DNA of 64,000 nucleotides from Naegleria gruberi (Eukaryota): NCBI GenBank assembly GCA_000004985.1, contig GG738847.1; one strand, 5' to 3'. Shown piece by piece: positions 56,144 to 64,000 of this stretch (position 1 is its first letter; each line of letters starts with the position of its first letter). The notes under the pieces were generated by a model. It saw only the letters and a program-made list of their open reading frames with translations, ran no database searches and was not told where the DNA came from. The position numbers and the translations under genes were made by a program.

Positions 56144-56479
56144 TTACTTTTTAAATGAGAGGAAACGTTTGAGCTTCTTCTTATCACCTTTGCAAACAAC
56201 CAAAACAGTCTTACCCAATCTATTAAGTCTTTTTCTATTCTTTGACCAGGCGTGGTGACGCTTGCCGGCTTGCTTTCGTTTTATCTTACCAGAACCAGTG
56301 ATTCTGAAACGTTTCTTAGCTGATGTTTTAGTCTTGAGACTTTTAACTCCAGTGACGAGCTTGTTGTGACGAACAACTCTTCTGAAACGAACATTGGTTT
56401 GGTTGAAAATTGAAGGACCGAAAGAGAGAGAACTAGCCTTGAGAGCAACAAAAGGATTGGCAGCGAGTGTATTCATCAT
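56144..56479 (-). CDS. Organelle-targeted (probably mitochondrial) ribosomal protein bL35, 111 aa.
   Basis: The N-terminal 50 aa (MMNTLAANPFVALKASSLSFGPSIFNQTNVRFRRVVRHNKL) has no acidic residues, is Ser-rich and contains Arg, as expected for a transit peptide or presequence. The mature part KTSAKKRFRITGSGKIKRKQAGKRHHAWSKNRKRLNRLGK matches the bacterial-type L35 signature. Confidence 0.75.
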   Translation of the reverse strand: MMNTLAANPFVALKASSLSFGPSIFNQTNVRFRRVVRHNKLVTGVKSLKTKTSAKKRFRITGSGKIKRKQAGKRHHAWSKNRKRLNRLGKTVLVVCKGDKKKLKRFLSFKK

Positions 56480-57278
56480 GAAAGTATCACTATAACTCTT
56501 GATGATACTTGTTGCTGAACTTCTCTTGGTGATGTTCGCTATATAATAGTATCAAAAGTATGTAATTGTAAATTTCATTATGATGAATTGTTAAATGATG
56601 AAGAATTTGTGTAAAATGATGAAGTGAATTATTGTAGCATATCCGAAAATAATTTTCCACATTTAAAATTCAATATCAATCACAGTACATGATATTACAG
56701 TTGAATTGTTGTTTTCTAATGTTCAATAAGAGTATTACATGTAAAACCTACACCTAGCGAGAATGTGCGAGAAGGAATTGAAGAAGCGTTGCATTTTTTA
56801 TTCGATGATTTTGAAAATTAATTCTTCAATTTATTATTTAATTTATTTAAATTGTGTGATGAAGGACAAGAGGAAAGTCATACAAAGCAACCCGAACCAA
56901 TTCATTAAAATAATTAATTTCTGTATCGTACTTCCTTCTCGGAAATAATTTAAACAAAATGATAAGTGTTGCAGAGTATCGAAGCCGATTAGTGAGGTTC
57001 AGCTCGCAGTCAGCGACGGTATACTAAGCGTTCCTTATATCATCCATATAGAGTAACTACACCTCGGTCGTCCTCAAGGTTTAGCGTCGCAGAAATGAAC
57101 TACTTAAAAGGTGCAGATTATGTTTTTCATTCTCAATCATCAATAGAGTGTTAAAGAGTAATGATAATAATTGTGGGAATGTTTAATAAAATATTCTAAA
57201 AAATTATGCCTCATTCACTTCTTCTGAGAAAACAATGAGTTATACAGAATTGATATTACATTGTGTATACAGTATTTA

Positions 57279-58517
57279 CTACAGTTTATATTGGTCTGTT
57301 CTTTGTTTTGAAAGTAAGTCGTTGAGTCTCTCTGCAGTTTCGTCCTTTAGAGACATTCTTCTTGTTTTACTGATGGTAGCTACAAATAGTTTGGGAGATG
57401 GTTCAATATCTACTGGTTGAGGGAGTACAAAATCTGCCACTGACTTACTCAAATCTCTCTTCTCTTTAGGGCTTGGAACAAGTCCTATTGTTGGTTGAGG
57501 AAGGTTGGCATTTGGCTTTCTTAGTGGAGGACTGACATTGGATTTTTCTAACAAATCAGCCGAAGGTTGAGGTGTATAGGAATGTCTACGAATTTTGTGA
57601 TTATTAGGCAGTCCCAAACCTCCATGTACAATAATATCTACAAGGGGGCCCATAAAACCAACCTTCTTTTGTTTTGGTGGTTTTTGGCCTAATTGATAAT
57701 TTGTAAAATCTGGAACATTAGCAACTGGAGCTTTCTTTGGAGATTTAGTTCCCATTTTGAATTCTGACAAGTTGTAAGGGTCTTCAGTTTCAGTTGGTGG
57801 TTCAATGATTGGTTTTGGAATTTCGAGAGTAATCTTAGGTTGACGATTGCTTTCTTCTGGAGTTGAAACTGTTATTGATAAATCTGGTGGGAGTAAATTA
57901 TTATTGTCAGAGGTAGGAATGACAGACATTTTTCTTCTACTAACTGCAGAAGAATGCAAATGTCTTTCATGTCTTGATTGTTCATCTGATTTTTCATCCA
58001 ATGAAAAACTTCTCTTATTCTTTTTAGAGAATTCAATTTCTGTTGGTCGGAATGAAATTGGAAGAGATCCAATATGAGGTAAGGGTAAACAAGGAGTGGA
58101 AGAAATATGAGGGCTATACCTAGAACTTGTGCCTAATGTAAACCCAGTAAATAATTGAAAGGAATGTTCTGGAAGAAGTGAGGATGATGAAGAGTCACTA
58201 TCTTGACTACTCTCTTGTGATGAATTGTCATCACCTACATGATGATGGGAAGAGACATCTTTTGCTGAACGAGATGTTCTCGACCGTGAAGTGTCCAATG
58301 AAGTTTTTTGATGTGGGGCCAATTTTCCTTCCTCCTGTTGATGAAATGTTGATGGTTTAAGTTGGAGATTGGTGTTCCTTGTCGCTGTTTCCTGTGGACT
58401 TTCAGTAGGTGTTGTTTCAATGAGAGGTATATTCTTAATACTTCCCAAACTTCCCCTACTCGTTTCAGAGTATAAAAATCCAGGAGTCCTTGAATTTACT
58501 GGTTGAACATATCCCAC
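57279..58517 (-). CDS. Ser/Pro-rich low-complexity protein. The 5' end is unresolved: there is no in-frame ATG for about 240 codons, so an upstream exon is likely.
   Basis: Open frame of 412 codons ending in TAG (CTA on the plus strand at 57279-57281). On the minus strand, ..TTTCCCTCTCATTCCTCAACAG immediately 5' of codon 1 looks like an intron acceptor, at about 58530. Confidence 0.4.
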   Translation of the reverse strand: MGYVQPVNSRTPGFLYSETSRGSLGSIKNIPLIETTPTESPQETATRNTNLQLKPSTFHQQEEGKLAPHQKTSLDTSRSRTSRSAKDVSSHHHVGDDNSSQESSQDSDSSSSSLLPEHSFQLFTGFTLGTSSRYSPHISSTPCLPLPHIGSLPISFRPTEIEFSKKNKRSFSLDEKSDEQSRHERHLHSSAVSRRKMSVIPTSDNNNLLPPDLSITVSTPEESNRQPKITLEIPKPIIEPPTETEDPYNLSEFKMGTKSPKKAPVANVPDFTNYQLGQKPPKQKKVGFMGPLVDIIVHGGLGLPNNHKIRRHSYTPQPSADLLEKSNVSPPLRKPNANLPQPTIGLVPSPKEKRDLSKSVADFVLPQPVDIEPSPKLFVATISKTRRMSLKDETAERLNDLLSKQRTDQYKL

Positions 58518-59289
58518 CTGTTGGTGATTCTGTTGAGGAATGAGAGGGAAATGAGCCCATCGTGAATTAATTTAAATAAATTATAATAATTAATAAATAG
58601 ATTTCCTGCAATAATTATTATTGTGGTTGAGGTTAGGTGGTTGTGGAGGAGATTAAATAGTACACTTTCAGGGCAGCAGTGTATTGCTTTTTATCATTAT
58701 TATGAAGAATTTTCTCTTCAGATTATGATAAGGGCTGATCAGGTTGGGCACTCTATTTGGAGCTGAAGTTCGGGGAGATTGTTTTTTAAGAAAATTATTA
58801 ACCACTGGTCTCGATGTCTCTCAATTTTGTTATTAATTGATAAGGGATTGGTGTAGACAATCGTGTTCAATTGATGATGAAAATACTTTAATCGACCTCG
58901 TAGATGATACAACAAGTGAGGATGTGAGAGGAGTCTTTTTGTTTTAGAAAGGTTACGACTGTTGATGGAAGAATAGTTTCATGAAATTACAATGATTTTA
59001 GAAAAAATCTCTGTGCATCCTCACCAAGTGGGAAAATTACGTTTAAAATTTGGAAAGAGAGATTTCTCAATGATTACGAAATTAGTTTTATTAAGGATCA
59101 TGTCCAGGGAAAGAAATGGCAGTCCAAATCAAACAATGAACACTTTCCAAAGCTTTGACTGAATATGTTGACATTGTTTTATGTATGGAATTTTTATACC
59201 TATATTTTTACATTTACAGGATCGTTTCGTTATAAAGTTGGTTAGCCATTCGTTATGTTTTTCATTTTTAACAATGTCCACTAGCTTAA

Positions 59290-62058
59290 TTAGGGTTTGC
59301 TATCGAACCTGCTCATAACAACCTCCATGATCTGTCGACACTCCTCCACTACAATACCTTCATCAATGTTATCGAACGGAATCTGTTTTTGTACCCTCTT
59401 GTGAATGGTCTTTTTTACACACTCCACAAAATCTTCGTAAAACATTTCCTTCTTGATAATGACATCAATCCTTCGTCGTCTTAGTTCATCAGGAGTCTCA
59501 TTTGGCTCTGCTGTTACAATGTCTACAAATAAATCTTCAAAAAGCCCAATCACACCAATCATTTTCAGATAAACACCATCAATGATAAGCATGTCCTTCA
59601 CCATTCTCATGAATTGTTTTACGGTAATGGATTGTAGCTTTCGATGTGAATCAACACCATGCCATTCCAACTCTTCTTCGTAAGTTATATAGCCACCTCC
59701 TTCATATCTACAGTAGTAGGAGAAGATTTTGTTAAGGTACTCTGATATGGTTGGCTCAGATATGAGCTTTGAAATACCGCTCTGAAGAATATTGTCTGTA
59801 GTGATTATTTGTGTAGGTAAGGCCAAAGAGTTCTTCGATTCTCCAAACGTTGTTTTCAGTGAACCAGCAAGGCTGGTGCTGTTTGTTGTTGATACTATGT
59901 TGGTAGTTGTCTTTAGGGAGAATACACTCTCACCACTGGCAGATCTTGCAGACACTAACTCTGTTGGAACAAATCCACTCTGTGTAAAGTTAATCTTCTC
60001 GGTGAGAAGAGCCTTGAATCTATCAGCTACACTACTTGTTCCATGATTGATATTTCTATAGAGTTCTGAACTCACTCGTACCAATGCCTCAACAAATTCT
60101 CTGAAACGAATAGTTGAAGTTGACGAGGAAGAAGAATCAGGTCTTGTTTTTCCATTCTTGATCGGTGCCGGTTTTGCTAATTTGATATTTCTAATAGAGT
60201 CGGTAGAGAGGAGCAATTGGCCATCCTCTTGTTTTGCAAGTTTGATATTTCTTTCAGCACTTGATTGAGTGGCCACAAAAATGAAAATTCTGTCAATCAC
60301 AGCAAAGTTAACATTCTCATTAAGAAGCCCAAAATCATGAGCAAACTTCCAAAATTGAACCATTGTAAGCTTGTTATCTTTGGAAAGGAAAATCTTCATT
60401 TCGCTTGCTGTCATTTCTTCTCCACCCCCAGATTCTAATATTCCCTGAATACTTATTCTAGGATTCATATTGATGGAAGCTGTTGCAGCAGCAGTTTTCT
60501 TAATACACAACGGATCAATTCCATATTTACAATAGTGTGCAAAAACATTCTTGAATTTTCTGATATTTCTTTGCACAAGCGAATTGACCTTATTTAATCC
60601 ATCAAACGTTCCGTCAACCTTCAGAAGGAGGTCATTAATATACAATTCAATCATTGGAGAGGTTAAAGTACCACCGGTTGTTGTTTTTGAGGTTGCTGGA
60701 GGAGTTGATTTCTCAGTATTTGTTGTAACAAACTCTAATGGATGAGACAGTTTATCTTCTCTCCAAACTCCTTTTTGTGCAGTACCATTCAAATAGTAAA
60801 ATATGCCATTTCCATGTTTCAAATTTTGATACCACTCTCCAGAGTAGTAAGAACCATCAGCATAATAGAATGTACCTTGACCCTCTCTTTTTCCTTCTGA
60901 AAATGATCCCTCATAATAGTTACATTTCTTTCCAGAGGCTTGTAAATAAGTATGCTTTCCAATACCATCAGGGAGGTCATTAATCCACTGTCCTTCATAT
61001 ACTTCTAAAGGGTCAACCACCCAGTGCATTGTTCCTTGACCTTCTCTCTTGTTGTTTTTCCATTCTCCTTCGTAGTAGTTTCCACTCTTGTAGTGCATAA
61101 GACCAGTGCCATTTCTTTTGTTTTCTGAAAATGTTCCTTCAAATGTTTCATGAGCAGAGTATGTCATAAATCCCTTTCCATGTCTTTTGCCTTCCTTCCA
61201 TTCTCCTTCATATTTAGATTTGTGATCACCTGAAATAAAGACTCCAAATCCATCTCTTAAACCATTTTTAACCTCTCCTTCATAGTAGCTACCATCTTCC
61301 CATGTGATCTTACACTTTCCTTCGAATTGATTATTTTCCACATTTCCCTTATAGGTTGGTCCTTTTGTTTCTGAATATAAAAATTCAAAATATCCATCAC
61401 TATCGTTCATAAATCCTCTTTCAAAGTTTCCTTCATACAAAATTTCATAATTCATTGGATTTGCCTTTGGTTGGGTATGTCTTGGTGTTTCAATTTCAAT
61501 TTGGAATTCATCACCCAATAGAGGAGTTTCTTCGATTATCTTAGTTTCAAGCTTCTTAACGCTTGTTAAACACCCAACACTAGCACTAAGACTTCTCTCC
61601 ATTTTGGGTCTTCCGTTTACTTTTTGTTTAATATCGAGACGAGGCTTGATGCTCAGTGAAATGTGACCCGACCCTTGATAAAAATTGTTAGAGTCTCTAT
61701 CTCCTTGATAATCATAAATGGAGTCTAATAATTTAATATCTACTTTATCTAAATTGAACATTTGATTACTTGATGGACTTGCTGTTGAGCAAGATGATGA
61801 TGGTCTCGAATGTACAGTAATTGTTGTTGTACGTGTCATTGTACCAGTGTTTGGTCTTTTGATTCCTAGTTTTTTGATAATTTTTGCTCTATTTGAAATT
61901 GGATCTTCATTAACATGCTCCAGTATTGGGGAGTGAGCAATACTCCTATCTAATATTGGAGTTGTTGATTCCAAGGTACGTTTTCCATGATCCAATCGCG
62001 AATTTCTGTCCAACACTGCCACCAAGTCGATGGATGGTGAATTATTTCTTGAACTCAT
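59290..62058 (-). CDS. MORN-repeat protein (radial-spoke RSPH10B-like or junctophilin-like) with a long C-terminal region, about 922 aa.
   Basis: The first in-frame ATG is encoded by CAT at 62056-62058. At least nine MORN units are present (YEGNFERG, YKGNVENNQFEGKCKITWEDGSYYEGEVKNGLRDGFG, YEGEWKEGKRHGKG, YEGEWKNNKREGQG, YEGSFSEGKREGQG, YSGEWYQNLKHGNG, and others). Confidence 0.55.
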   Translation of the reverse strand: MSSRNNSPSIDLVAVLDRNSRLDHGKRTLESTTPILDRSIAHSPILEHVNEDPISNRAKIIKKLGIKRPNTGTMTRTTTITVHSRPSSSCSTASPSSNQMFNLDKVDIKLLDSIYDYQGDRDSNNFYQGSGHISLSIKPRLDIKQKVNGRPKMERSLSASVGCLTSVKKLETKIIEETPLLGDEFQIEIETPRHTQPKANPMNYEILYEGNFERGFMNDSDGYFEFLYSETKGPTYKGNVENNQFEGKCKITWEDGSYYEGEVKNGLRDGFGVFISGDHKSKYEGEWKEGKRHGKGFMTYSAHETFEGTFSENKRNGTGLMHYKSGNYYEGEWKNNKREGQGTMHWVVDPLEVYEGQWINDLPDGIGKHTYLQASGKKCNYYEGSFSEGKREGQGTFYYADGSYYSGEWYQNLKHGNGIFYYLNGTAQKGVWREDKLSHPLEFVTTNTEKSTPPATSKTTTGGTLTSPMIELYINDLLLKVDGTFDGLNKVNSLVQRNIRKFKNVFAHYCKYGIDPLCIKKTAAATASINMNPRISIQGILESGGGEEMTASEMKIFLSKDNKLTMVQFWKFAHDFGLLNENVNFAVIDRIFIFVATQSSAERNIKLAKQEDGQLLLSTDSIRNIKLAKPAPIKNGKTRPDSSSSSTSTIRFREFVEALVRVSSELYRNINHGTSSVADRFKALLTEKINFTQSGFVPTELVSARSASGESVFSLKTTTNIVSTTNSTSLAGSLKTTFGESKNSLALPTQIITTDNILQSGISKLISEPTISEYLNKIFSYYCRYEGGGYITYEEELEWHGVDSHRKLQSITVKQFMRMVKDMLIIDGVYLKMIGVIGLFEDLFVDIVTAEPNETPDELRRRRIDVIIKKEMFYEDFVECVKKTIHKRVQKQIPFDNIDEGIVVEECRQIMEVVMSRFDSKP

Positions 62059-62375
62059 TTTTTTTAAAATTAAAAATCGTAGTTTATTGAGCGCCAAATA
62101 GTTTTCTGAGCATTTCAATATTAATTTTCATTACTTTTTTTGAAAATTGATAATTATTCTAACTTTTAAATATCTCATTAATTGATTTTTAATAATTTCT
62201 CATTAATTATGCAGCACAACAAGATTGAACTTCCAATAACCAGAAGAAAATTTTCCCGCTAACAAATATAAAAACCGTTTTAAAATAAAATTTCTTTTAA
62301 AAATCAAATAGAAAAAAAAACATTGCACACCTTCACCAACAATACTGAGTGCAAATCTAGGCTAATTTGAAAAAT
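62059..62375. promoter_or_regulatory. Divergent promoter region of 317 bp between the MORN gene (minus strand) and RPA1 (plus strand).
   Basis: The call rests on position only. It contains an A-run and the sequence ttttaaaataaaatttcttttaaaaatcaaatag. Confidence 0.3.
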
Positions 62376-64000
62376 ATGAGTAAACTCGATCGTTGCATAG
62401 CTCCCCTGATGCAGGGAAAAACAATGGACAAAATTACACCTTGTGTTCAAGTAACTGAAGCTCGTTCATCCGGTCAAAAGTTAATTGTTACTATTAGTGA
62501 TGGAATTAATTCTTGTCCTGCTGTTATTATTAAACCTTCTCAACCTGTTGATCAATATGCAGTCATTAAAATTTATGAAAGCTTGAAACACACAAAGGAA
62601 ATTGTTATCATTGTCAAGTATACTGTGGAAGAACGTTTAGATGCAGTGATCGGCAATCCAAAACCATATGCAACTGCTGGCGCAAGTGACACTTCATCAT
62701 CTGACAAGGTAAAGACAACATCAACAAGCAAAAGTAGTAGTTCTAGTGCTTCTACTTCTGTTCAACCAAAGGCTAAAAAGAGTTCTGGTACAACAGCTGC
62801 AGATAATTTCTATGATGATGGTGGAATGAGTAGTATTTTAGATGATGATAAACTTTCTAATGATCAAGCTAAACCAATTTCAAATCTCAATCCATATGAC
62901 AAAGTCTGGGTAATTAAGGCTAGAGTAACACAAAAGAGTGACATGAAACATTGGGACAAAGGAACAAGTAAGGGTTCTCTTTTCTCTATTGAATTATTAG
63001 ACGAATATGGTGGCCAGATTCGTGCTACTTTCTTCAATGATGTTGCCAAGAAATATTATGATGCTATCAAAGAACGTTCAGTTTACTTCTTCTCTGGTGG
63101 TAAATTGAAGGATGCAAATAGAAAGTTTACCACAATTCCACACCCTTATGAAATTACTTTTGACCGTGATACTGTTATTCAAAACGCTAGAGATTCTGAA
63201 ATTCCAACTGACACTTTCAATTGTACTAGATTATGTGACATGACAAATGTTGAAGATAACATGATTTTGGATGTTGCTGGTGTTGTTCAAAATATTGGAG
63301 AAACTAAAGAATTTACTACAAAGAATAATAGAAAGACCAAACGTTGCAATATCTCCTTAATTGATGACTCATCTTCTCCATTTTGTACTGTTGATTTAAC
63401 AATCTGGGGTGATATGTGTGATACTCATGATATGCAACAAGGAGATGTTGTTATTTTGAAAAGTGTAAGAAAGTCAAACTATGGTGGTGTTTCTCTTAAC
63501 ACTATTAATAGTACAAGAATCTTCAAAGATCCTGGAATTCCAATTTATCAACAATTATCTGAATGGTATCAAAATAATGAAGGATCGTTTGATGGTGAAG
63601 GTATCAAGTTGACTCAAAAGCAAGCTGCTGTAAATTCTGAAAGAACTTTCAAGAGAAAGAATGTTATTGCTGACTGTAAAAATATGAGTGTTGACACTGT
63701 TACTGCACCTGATTATCTTACTATTAGAGCTTATGTTTCATATATTAAACATGAGTTGTGGTATGACGCTTGTACAAATAAGGAATGTAACAAGAAAGTT
63801 CAACAAAATGAGGGTATTTACCATTGCTCATCATGTAATCATTCCTCTGATACATGTACCAGAAAGTTTTTGGCTAATTTGGGTATTACTGATTGGACTG
63901 GTAAACAGTATTGCAATGCATTCAATCAAGCTGTAGAGAAACTTTTCAGTGACATGACTGCTGATGATATGTGTGCAAGAGCAGCTGAACCTGAATACAT
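62376..64000 (+). CDS. RPA1: Replication protein A large subunit (RPA70). It is truncated at the 3' end by the window edge.
   Basis: ATG at 62376 and open to 64000; this ORF is missing from the ORF track because it has no stop. The N-terminal OB fold (DBD-F) is LMQGKTMDKITPCVQVTEARSSG..AVIKIYES. DBD-A contains ISNLNPYDKVWVIKARVTQKSDMKHWDKGTSKGSLFSIELLDEYGGQIRATFFND. DBD-C contains a zinc ribbon CTNKECNKKV..YHCSSCNH. Confidence 0.85.
   Translation, partial: MSKLDRCIAPLMQGKTMDKITPCVQVTEARSSGQKLIVTISDGINSCPAVIIKPSQPVDQYAVIKIYESLKHTKEIVIIVKYTVEERLDAVIGNPKPYATAGASDTSSSDKVKTTSTSKSSSSSASTSVQPKAKKSSGTTAADNFYDDGGMSSILDDDKLSNDQAKPISNLNPYDKVWVIKARVTQKSDMKHWDKGTSKGSLFSIELLDEYGGQIRATFFNDVAKKYYDAIKERSVYFFSGGKLKDANRKFTTIPHPYEITFDRDTVIQNARDSEIPTDTFNCTRLCDMTNVEDNMILDVAGVVQNIGETKEFTTKNNRKTKRCNISLIDDSSSPFCTVDLTIWGDMCDTHDMQQGDVVILKSVRKSNYGGVSLNTINSTRIFKDPGIPIYQQLSEWYQNNEGSFDGEGIKLTQKQAAVNSERTFKRKNVIADCKNMSVDTVTAPDYLTIRAYVSYIKHELWYDACTNKECNKKVQQNEGIYHCSSCNHSSDTCTRKFLANLGITDWTGKQYCNAFNQAVEKLFSDMTADDMCARAAEPEY

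Noticed and set aside
56955..57060. A U6-like or U4-like snRNA assignment for the GC-rich island, based on the elements CAGAG, GATTAG, TATACTAA, AAGCGTTCC and AGUAUCG..UGAGGUU.
   Set aside because: The U6 elements occur in the wrong order, and the invariant ACAGAGA-AGC triad arrangement is absent. The U4 hallmarks CCGAGG and UUGCU..UUGAAAA are missing. I kept it only as an unclassified ncRNA candidate in the findings.
1..64000. Prokaryotic-type systems: CRISPR arrays, restriction-modification, toxin-antitoxin or defence islands, and integrases or transposases.
   Set aside because: None are present. There are no direct-repeat or spacer arrays, no RT, integrase or transposase ORFs, and every long ORF has a eukaryotic homologue family or eukaryotic low-complexity character. 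The Fic and RidA genes contain spliceosomal introns or are embedded among eukaryotic genes, so they are host genes and not bacterial contamination.

Overview
This window is nuclear DNA from a compact, AT-rich eukaryote (roughly 63-65% AT), not a prokaryote. It contains about 32 protein-coding genes and one tRNA gene in 64 kb, with no long gene-free stretches. There are no CRISPR arrays, no mobile elements, and no prokaryote-style operons.

The genetic code is standard. Real genes end in TAA, TAG or TGA, and TAA is the most common stop. Spliceosomal introns are GT-AG and very short, mostly 38-65 nt, with a few of 88-140 nt. The 5' splice sites are GTAAGT or GTATGT. The 3' splice sites have only a weak pyrimidine tract.

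The supplied ORF track lets ORFs start at GTG and TTG. Many of its ORF starts are therefore wrong. Several real genes are split across two to four of its ORFs, and I rebuilt their exon structures by hand from splice signals and reading-frame continuity.

The genes I could recognise are:
- an ATM/Tel1-family kinase of about 2,780 aa with an N-terminal TAN motif;
- an Erv1/ALR sulfhydryl oxidase;
- a protein with F-box, leucine-rich-repeat and ankyrin segments;
- a DSD1-type D-serine dehydratase that converges on and overlaps a RidA/YjgF deaminase gene;
- a tRNA-Asn (anticodon GUU);
- a protein with a B-box and coiled coil but no RING;
- a ZC2HC1-like zinc-finger protein;
- an LMBR1-like membrane protein;
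- a Fic-domain AMPylase (HPFSDGNGR);
- a Ran GTPase with three exons;
- a protein resembling the Pol I factor Rrn7/TAF1B;
- a Vps39/Vam6/TGFBRAP1-like protein;
- a 1,290-aa secreted protein of about 17 EGF-like repeats, which contains a near-perfect 369-bp tandem DNA repeat array;
- an XMAP215/ch-TOG protein with TOG domains;
- a RUS/DUF647 protein;
- the Hsp90 co-chaperone Aha1;
- a syntaxin-8-like Qc-SNARE;
- a GNB1L/Asa1-like WD40 protein;
- an organelle-targeted bL35 ribosomal protein;
- a MORN-repeat protein;
- the large subunit of replication protein A (RPA1), cut off at the window edge.

The most unusual organisational feature is head-to-tail gene spacing of only 3-160 nt. In three cases the gap is 3-27 nt, and a poly(A)-like AATAAA sits on top of the upstream stop or just before the next ATG. 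That layout looks like polycistronic (operon-like) transcription units. The gene content looks metazoan or amoebozoan, but I cannot assign a species. The one point against an exact dictyostelid (social-amoeba) origin is intron length: the 38-46-nt introns seen here are shorter than theirs.
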